In this document: positions 58,545 through 64,000 of the stretch, in pieces | How the letters are laid out: the number at the start of each line of letters is the position of its first letter | Numbering within the stretch: position 1 is the first letter of the stretch | Source of the DNA: Promethearchaeota archaeon | Lineage (GTDB): Archaea > Asgardarchaeota > Lokiarchaeia > Sigyniarchaeales > SOKP01 | Length of the DNA: 64,000 nucleotides | Assembly: GCA_048940645.1 (NCBI GenBank) | Contig: JBHLOI010000008.1 | Span: forward strand, 1-64,000 | Reading direction: 5' to 3' | Program-made: the position numbers and the translations under genes | Notes under the pieces: model-generated | Database searches by the model: none | What the model was told of the DNA's origin: nothing | Seen by the model: only the letters and a program-made list of their open reading frames with translations

Positions 58545-59957
58545 TCAAAAATTCACCTTTAAATTATTGTGAGTATAGTTCTTTAAAAAAAAGTAATTTG
58601 AAAGGCGCATGTTTAATATTGAATCAATCTGAATAAATTCATTTGGAGAGTGTGCAAAACCACCAATACCCAAACCACCAACAATAAAATTTAATCCTAA
58701 TTCTTTTTGAATTTTGCTTAGGGGAGCTGCTGCTGCGCTTAATGGCCAAATTTCTGTTTGGGCATTTAGTTTTTCAAAACTCTTGATAAGACTTCTAACA
58801 AGGTTTGAATCTTTTAAAACCCGAGAACCTTCATAACCAATCTTTTTAGTTAATTTAATATCTAATTTAGAGCGTTTAGCATAATTTTCTACAAAAATTT
58901 TAATTTCTCTATAGAGCTCAGTAATAGAAATATCATGTGCAAATCTTATATCTATATTACATTCTGCATTATTTGGAACTATGTTTTTTGTACCTTCTTC
59001 CAAATAGCCTGATTTTAATGTGGATATATTAAATGTAGGATTAAACAAATAATTCATTAAACTTTCTTTTGTATCCTCTTTAAGTATCTGAGTTATACCT
59101 GCTTTTTGTTTTATATTTTCAATATCGATTTGATTAAATAAATCTTTAACTATCTTTTCTTCCTGTTCGGAGGGAATATAGGGATTTTTTAATGAAGTAA
59201 TATTAAATTTATATTCTGAATACATTAAGTTTATTAAATTTACCAAGCTTATTGCTGGATTTGGAATCATTGAACTATATGCAGAATGAGTTTCCTTATT
59301 TTTTGATAAAATCTTTATTTTGAGTGAAAGAATACCTTTGTAGCCTAATTTAAGAACAGCTCTACCATTTAAATCTTGCTTAGCTGCTGGATAGTAGGCG
59401 TCTAAACAAGATTTCAAAATTTTCTTCTTCTTATCCAAATATTGTAATAATGAAGGTGAGCCTATTTCTTCTTCTCCATCAAATAATAATAATAGAGAAA
59501 TTGGTAATTTTTCATTTTTTTTTAGAATTTTTAGTATATTCAAAAAGCATAATAATGGAGTTTTTGAATTATATGCCCCTCTTGCTATAATACATTTTCC
59601 TAATTTATCTAATGGTTCCGGAAGGATTTTCTTCTCAGCGTTAAAAGGATTAGATATCCATTCTGTTTCATTAGTAATTGGTTGTGTATCATACATCATA
59701 TAAATTAATATTGAGTCTTTAATTTGTCCCTCTACTTTTGCTAAGATTAGGGGATTAATTTCTCCCTCAAATTCCATAAGTTCCCCACAAATATCCGAGA
59801 TATAAGAAAGTAAAAAATCTTTTCCTTGTTGAATTCCCTCTTTATTAAGAGTATTAGTGGGAATTTTTAAAAAAGTAATTAAATCTTTTTCAATAAATTC
59901 AGAGTTTGTTTTTTTAATTATCTCTTCTACTTTTTTATCAAATTCAACTTGCTCCAT
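58545..59957 (-). CDS. M20/DapE family metallopeptidase-like protein (start probably MEQVEF)
   Basis: YDTQP, ARGA...K, DGEEEIGSP, HS, AHSPNE. Confidence 0.85.
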   Translation of the reverse strand: MEQVEFDKKVEEIIKKTNSEFIEKDLITFLKIPTNTLNKEGIQQGKDFLLSYISDICGELMEFEGEINPLILAKVEGQIKDSILIYMMYDTQPITNETEWISNPFNAEKKILPEPLDKLGKCIIARGAYNSKTPLLCFLNILKILKKNEKLPISLLLLFDGEEEIGSPSLLQYLDKKKKILKSCLDAYYPAAKQDLNGRAVLKLGYKGILSLKIKILSKNKETHSAYSSMIPNPAISLVNLINLMYSEYKFNITSLKNPYIPSEQEEKIVKDLFNQIDIENIKQKAGITQILKEDTKESLMNYLFNPTFNISTLKSGYLEEGTKNIVPNNAECNIDIRFAHDISITELYREIKIFVENYAKRSKLDIKLTKKIGYEGSRVLKDSNLVRSLIKSFEKLNAQTEIWPLSAAAAPLSKIQKELGLNFIVGGLGIGGFAHSPNEFIQIDSILNMRLSNYFFLKNYTHNNLKVNF

Positions 59958-60020
59958 ATAATAAACATTTATAGTGTTATTAATTAATTTATTTATTAGC
60001 ATATCTTCTTGCACTTAAAA

Positions 60021-60416
60021 ATGAATAATATAGACCTTACTAAGGAACAGAAACTGGAAATACTGAACCAGATTTTAAATGAATTAAAGCAAAAAGGAAA
60101 GTTAAAGGGAGTAATATTTTCTTACAGAGAGGGAGGGATTATCGCTGAAAATTTAAGTGCGAATTATTTAGAATTTAATAGTGATGAATATTCCTCAATG
60201 TGTGCCTCCGTTTTAGAAAGTGCTTTAGGTTTAGGAAGGACAATAGCAGGAAAAAAGTTTAATAAGATTATTGCTGAGCTGGATAAAGATACTATCATAC
60301 TAATTGAATGCGATGATAAGACGTTTCTTTCATTCATTTTAAACGATATATCTAAAATAAATCCCATATTAGATGAGATTGAAAGATATATTCAAAAAAT
60401 AATCTTTTTATATTAA
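60021..60416 (+). CDS. roadblock/LC7 domain protein
   Basis: GVIFSYREGGIIAEN...YSSMCASVL.SA..LG pattern. Confidence 0.75.
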   Translation: MNNIDLTKEQKLEILNQILNELKQKGKLKGVIFSYREGGIIAENLSANYLEFNSDEYSSMCASVLESALGLGRTIAGKKFNKIIAELDKDTIILIECDDKTFLSFILNDISKINPILDEIERYIQKIIFLY

Positions 60417-60419
60417 ATC

Positions 60420-61691
60420 TTATCTGGAATCTATAAACTTCAAATATTCCATACAGATTTGAACAGCTTGTCCTAATGCTTCCTCTTCAATAACTTTAGG
60501 AGTATCATTTCTTGTGTGATAATAAGGAGCAAGTTCTTCTTTAAGATTTAATCCTCCCAAACAAGTGGCAGGAATTTCTTTTTTGCTAAATGCTGCTGCA
60601 TCAGTTGCCCCAAATGGAAGTGAAGCCATCTTAGCTTTATTGTTAATGTCTTTGGCTATTTTATATAACGATTTAACAACTTCAGGATTATGTTTTGCAC
60701 CAATTCCAGATTCTTTATCAATAACTATGATAATATCTTTTTTTGCTAATCCATCCATATTGATAACAATAGCTTCAGTTTCTTTAAGTTCTTTAAAATG
60801 AGACTGAATATATCTTTTTGAACCTCTTAATCCAGCTTCTTCACCAGCAAAGGATATCAGATGAATTCTAGTGTGTTTGGGAAAGATCTTATCATTAGTT
60901 TTATTCTCATTCAAATACCTCCCAATCCCCAAGACCACAGCAACACCAGATAAATTATCAAAAGCTCCTAGCACCGGGCGATAACTATGAAAAAATATAT
61001 AAACAAATGCTATTGGGGTAAAGATTAAAAATAAAATACCAAAAGAAAAGAAAATGACTACGAAATCAACAATATTAGTTAGCAAATGAAAGATAATTTT
61101 TACAATAATTACTATAAATATAATTACAACAGCTAAATAGCCCAGATTAATAATTACTTGTCCAGTACGTCCCAAATAATAAAAGGTATTAAATTCAAAG
61201 GCAGAATCATGATGTGCAGAAAAAATTATCGTATTTTTTATTTTTCCAGAGGGATTTATTGTACCAATTATATTCTTTGATTCTCTCTTTGGGAAAAGGA
61301 AATCAAATACTTCATGATATTTCATCACATTCAAGATAAAATAGCTAATTGTAAGAGTAACTATGATAAGAGCAATGATTATCAGTAATAAACCATAAAA
61401 TGATTCTAATTGTAGAATATTAAGATCGATTAATAGAGAAAGCCAATACAAAATAATAGAACCTAATGCCAATATAGCACCATATCTTATACCTCCAAGA
61501 AAAGCATGAGGATGGCTAATATATTCTTCTTGATGGGTCTCATCACAATATTTTTTCAATTCTTCTTCAATTTTATTGCCAGCAAGAATTTCTTGTTCTG
61601 TTCCAGATTCTCGGGGTCCTATTGTAGTACACACATCTTCAATGAATTTATGCATATATTTAATTAATGTCTGATCCATTTTTTCTATCAT
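60420..61691 (-). CDS. M28 family peptidase with inserted TM hairpins
   Basis: GPRESGT..E, SAHHDS, GAFDNLSG, GEEAGLRGS, NMD, TDA, YHT..D. Confidence 0.9.
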   Translation of the reverse strand: MIEKMDQTLIKYMHKFIEDVCTTIGPRESGTEQEILAGNKIEEELKKYCDETHQEEYISHPHAFLGGIRYGAILALGSIILYWLSLLIDLNILQLESFYGLLLIIIALIIVTLTISYFILNVMKYHEVFDFLFPKRESKNIIGTINPSGKIKNTIIFSAHHDSAFEFNTFYYLGRTGQVIINLGYLAVVIIFIVIIVKIIFHLLTNIVDFVVIFFSFGILFLIFTPIAFVYIFFHSYRPVLGAFDNLSGVAVVLGIGRYLNENKTNDKIFPKHTRIHLISFAGEEAGLRGSKRYIQSHFKELKETEAIVINMDGLAKKDIIIVIDKESGIGAKHNPEVVKSLYKIAKDINNKAKMASLPFGATDAAAFSKKEIPATCLGGLNLKEELAPYYHTRNDTPKVIEEEALGQAVQICMEYLKFIDSR

Positions 61692-61804
61692 CTATATCTT
61701 CATATAATTATATAGAGAAAAAATAACACTAAAATAAAAGTTCCCAAAATTGAAATTGATGGAATAAAATTTCCCCAAAAAAGTCTAAGCGTTAAAAAAA
61801 CCAG

Positions 61805-63232
61805 TTAAATTAGATTTAGCCAATTCGGTTCGATTTTATTTAAAGTAGTTTCAATTTCTTTTCTGATTTCGAACTGATCATCTCCTAAGGCTTGGACAAG
61901 CAAATTCATAGCTTTTTTATTTCCGATTTTTCCTAATGCTTTTACAGCTGACATTCTTATTTTTGGATTTTCATCTTTTAATTTAACTTCTAATGCTTCA
62001 AATATTTTATCGCTTTTAAGATTTCCAAGTGCTTTAATAGCCCAACTTCTAATATAAACGTCTTCATCATTAAGGCTTTTAATTAGTGGATCTATTGCTT
62101 CCTCAGTTCCAATTTTTCTTAAAAGATCAACAACAGACCTTCGAATTCTCCAATCTGGGTTTTCTAAAAATTTTATAGAAATTTCAATTATCTTTTTCCC
62201 ACCAAGCTTAGATAATGCTTCAATTGCAGCTCTTCTAACTGAGCCTTTCGTGTTTTTTAACAGTTTAAAAAGAGAATTAATATTTGAATCATCACCAATT
62301 GTTCCTATAATTCTCGCGCAATATCTTCTAATTTGCCATTCTTTGGCTTCCAAACCTTGAAGAATTGAGTCATCTATTATTTTCTTAGCTTTTGAAATCT
62401 TTATTATAACGTTAAAGGTTATTCTTCTAATTTTAGTGTTTGTGCTATTAAGTAATCTAATTAAATATTTAATAGAATCAGGATTTTGTATCAATCCAAT
62501 TAACTTTATAACCTCTAAACGCAAGATAGAATTTTTACTTCTTAGAATACTATAAAGAATTCTTAAAGATTTTTCATTTTTTAAAATTCTATATAGAGCT
62601 CTAACGGTACGTGTTCTTATTTCTGGTTCTGGATCTTTCAACAATTCTAATAATGGTTTAACTGTGCTTATATCACCTAAATTACCTAAGACTCTAATTA
62701 TGGTCTTCCTAACATCAAGATTTTCATCATTTAATTTTTTTATTAGATGGTTTAAATCTTTTGGTTCAATTAAATTTTGTAAAGCCTTAATAGCATTTTT
62801 TCTAACAATGGGGCTCTTATCATTTAACTGCTTAATAAGAATTTTTACAGCATTTTTATCTCCTATTCTACCTAATATTATAGGAATAGATTTTTTTACA
62901 TTGATATTGCCCTTATCATGGAATTCAATAATTTCTTCCAAATCAGCGTTTTTAGCAATTTTGACTATATTCGAAATTAAATCATCATAAATTTCTAATC
63001 TATATTGGGTTAATTCTATTAAAGGTTTTAATGCTTCAACGACACTATTTTGTCCCAAATACCTAATAGCAAAAATTTTATTCTCAACATCAGGATCCTT
63101 TAAAGCTTCTATATAAAGAGGAACATATTCTTCTATATTTTGGTCTTGGGCACTTTTAAGAATTTCTTTTCTAACTTTACCATCCTTTTCGTGAGTATAT
63201 TGATATAATAAGTCATTTTCATTTAAAATCAA
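61805..63232 (-). CDS. HEAT repeat (PBS-lyase type) protein
   Basis: Many ~31-aa LxDxxxxVRxxAxxALGxxG repeats. Confidence 0.92.
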   Translation of the reverse strand: MILNENDLLYQYTHEKDGKVRKEILKSAQDQNIEEYVPLYIEALKDPDVENKIFAIRYLGQNSVVEALKPLIELTQYRLEIYDDLISNIVKIAKNADLEEIIEFHDKGNINVKKSIPIILGRIGDKNAVKILIKQLNDKSPIVRKNAIKALQNLIEPKDLNHLIKKLNDENLDVRKTIIRVLGNLGDISTVKPLLELLKDPEPEIRTRTVRALYRILKNEKSLRILYSILRSKNSILRLEVIKLIGLIQNPDSIKYLIRLLNSTNTKIRRITFNVIIKISKAKKIIDDSILQGLEAKEWQIRRYCARIIGTIGDDSNINSLFKLLKNTKGSVRRAAIEALSKLGGKKIIEISIKFLENPDWRIRRSVVDLLRKIGTEEAIDPLIKSLNDEDVYIRSWAIKALGNLKSDKIFEALEVKLKDENPKIRMSAVKALGKIGNKKAMNLLVQALGDDQFEIRKEIETTLNKIEPNWLNLI

Positions 63233-63348
63233 ATGCCTTAACCCTTTGGTTTGTATGTTTAGAAATGAAAATAGCTAAGCAAGAATATTATAAAACTAAA
63301 TTTATTTATTCTTTTATTTTTCAAAAAATCAGACTAAGGAATTTATTT

Positions 63349-63885
63349 TTAAGTAACTTTAGCAAAATTATATTGATTATCCTTTTTATCAACTAATTTG
63401 AATAAACCTTCTGAAGTTAGATTCTCTAGTATTTCATTTTCTTTCATATGATGATCATCAAAAGAAAGAATTGACTCCGGTTTTAAAACTCGATGAAATT
63501 CTTTTAAAATACAGTTTTTATCTTCAATACCATGTAACATATCAAAACAAATAATAACGTCAATACTATTAGGGTCTAATCCGGTCTTGCAATCTGTTTG
63601 AATGGTGTTAATATTTTTTAGATTTTTTTTCAAAGCTCGTTTATTCACTTCCTTGATTGCAGAAAGGTGAATATCAGCGGCATAAATCTTTCCAGACGAC
63701 CCCACAATTTCAGAAGCAGCTATAGAGTAACTACCTGGTCCGCAACCATAATCAAGGACAACATCCCCAGGCTTTATTTCTGCTATTTCTACTTTTTTGA
63801 TAGGCGATTTAAAAAAATCACGAATTTTAAAGAGGAATGACATAAATTTAAAATCTAATTTAGATTTTTTTTTATTTTGACTCAT
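63349..63885 (-). CDS. class I SAM-dependent methyltransferase (start probably MSQNKK)
   Basis: VLDYGCGPG, IYAADI, SIDVI, EFHRVLKP. Confidence 0.92.
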   Translation of the reverse strand: MSQNKKKSKLDFKFMSFLFKIRDFFKSPIKKVEIAEIKPGDVVLDYGCGPGSYSIAASEIVGSSGKIYAADIHLSAIKEVNKRALKKNLKNINTIQTDCKTGLDPNSIDVIICFDMLHGIEDKNCILKEFHRVLKPESILSFDDHHMKENEILENLTSEGLFKLVDKKDNQYNFAKVT

Positions 63886-63886
63886 T

Positions 63887-64000
63887 TTAATTCTCTCCAT
63901 TTTTACTTTTTCTTAATTTATTATTGCTATCTAATTCAAATGCTTCAAAAAACTTCATAGCAAAATTCTTTAACTCTGTAGCTTTCATTATTCCAATTCC
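63887..64000 (-). CDS. 3' end of a gene entering from the right edge, with a possible helix-hairpin-helix motif
   Basis: ...GIGIMKATELKNFAMKFFEAFELDSNNKLRKSKNGEN*, stop ending just before ATG 63885. Confidence 0.5.
   Translation of the reverse strand, partial: GIGIMKATELKNFAMKFFEAFELDSNNKLRKSKNGEN

Noticed and set aside
3597-62990. Numerous 60-150-aa ORFs antisense to or nested in longer genes (e.g. 3597, 4473, 11289, 15059, 24463, 37695, 48719, 50012, 50499, 62664)
   Set aside because: They are shadow frames of well-supported genes and carry no motifs of their own.
61805-63232. HEAT protein as a coat or karyopherin homolog
   Set aside because: The repeats are the short PBS-lyase type common in prokaryotes; nothing more specific is visible.
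1-64000. tRNA/rRNA genes, CRISPR arrays, transposases, integrases
   Set aside because: No GC-rich structured RNA blocks, regularly spaced repeats or mobile-element motifs were seen by eye; a covariance-model scan would be needed to exclude small RNAs and in-frame BHB introns in other genes.

Overview
AT-rich chromosomal window from an Asgard archaeon, most likely Lokiarchaeia/Promethearchaeota. The assignment rests on archaeal information genes (tfb, rpo7, spt4, rpo10, eS6, eL24, eL8/L7Ae, eS28, eS24, eS31, KEOPS kae1/bud32, archaeal-type proS) occurring with eukaryotic-signature proteins (two gelsolin-type proteins, a longin-like protein, two roadblock/LC7 proteins, a Rab-like GTPase) and an EMC3/TMCO1-type insertase. 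I saw no rRNA, tRNA, CRISPR array or mobile element. Top finding: the ribosomal protein gene rps27ae (eS31, 50027-49778, minus strand, missing from the ORF track) is interrupted by a 31-nt insertion that shifts the frame and carries stop codons. It folds into a bulge-helix-bulge (BHB) motif with two 3-nt bulges and a 4-bp central helix, but only a minimal outer helix. Cutting at the canonical tRNA-splicing-endonuclease positions restores the complete zinc-ribbon protein, so this is a candidate endonuclease-spliced mRNA intron in an Asgard protein-coding gene. Other highlights: rpo7 and spt4 both lack an in-frame ATG/GTG/TTG at their conserved N-termini and appear to start at ATT; tandem PlsY::CTP-dependent lipid kinase-like fusions lie near a G3P dehydrogenase operon; a membrane-tethered wHTH regulator is paired with a related surface protein carrying an HFS autoproteolysis-like motif; and a TrmB-like protein has a ~530-aa helical insert. 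All family calls come from motif recognition by eye; no database searches or folding programs were run.
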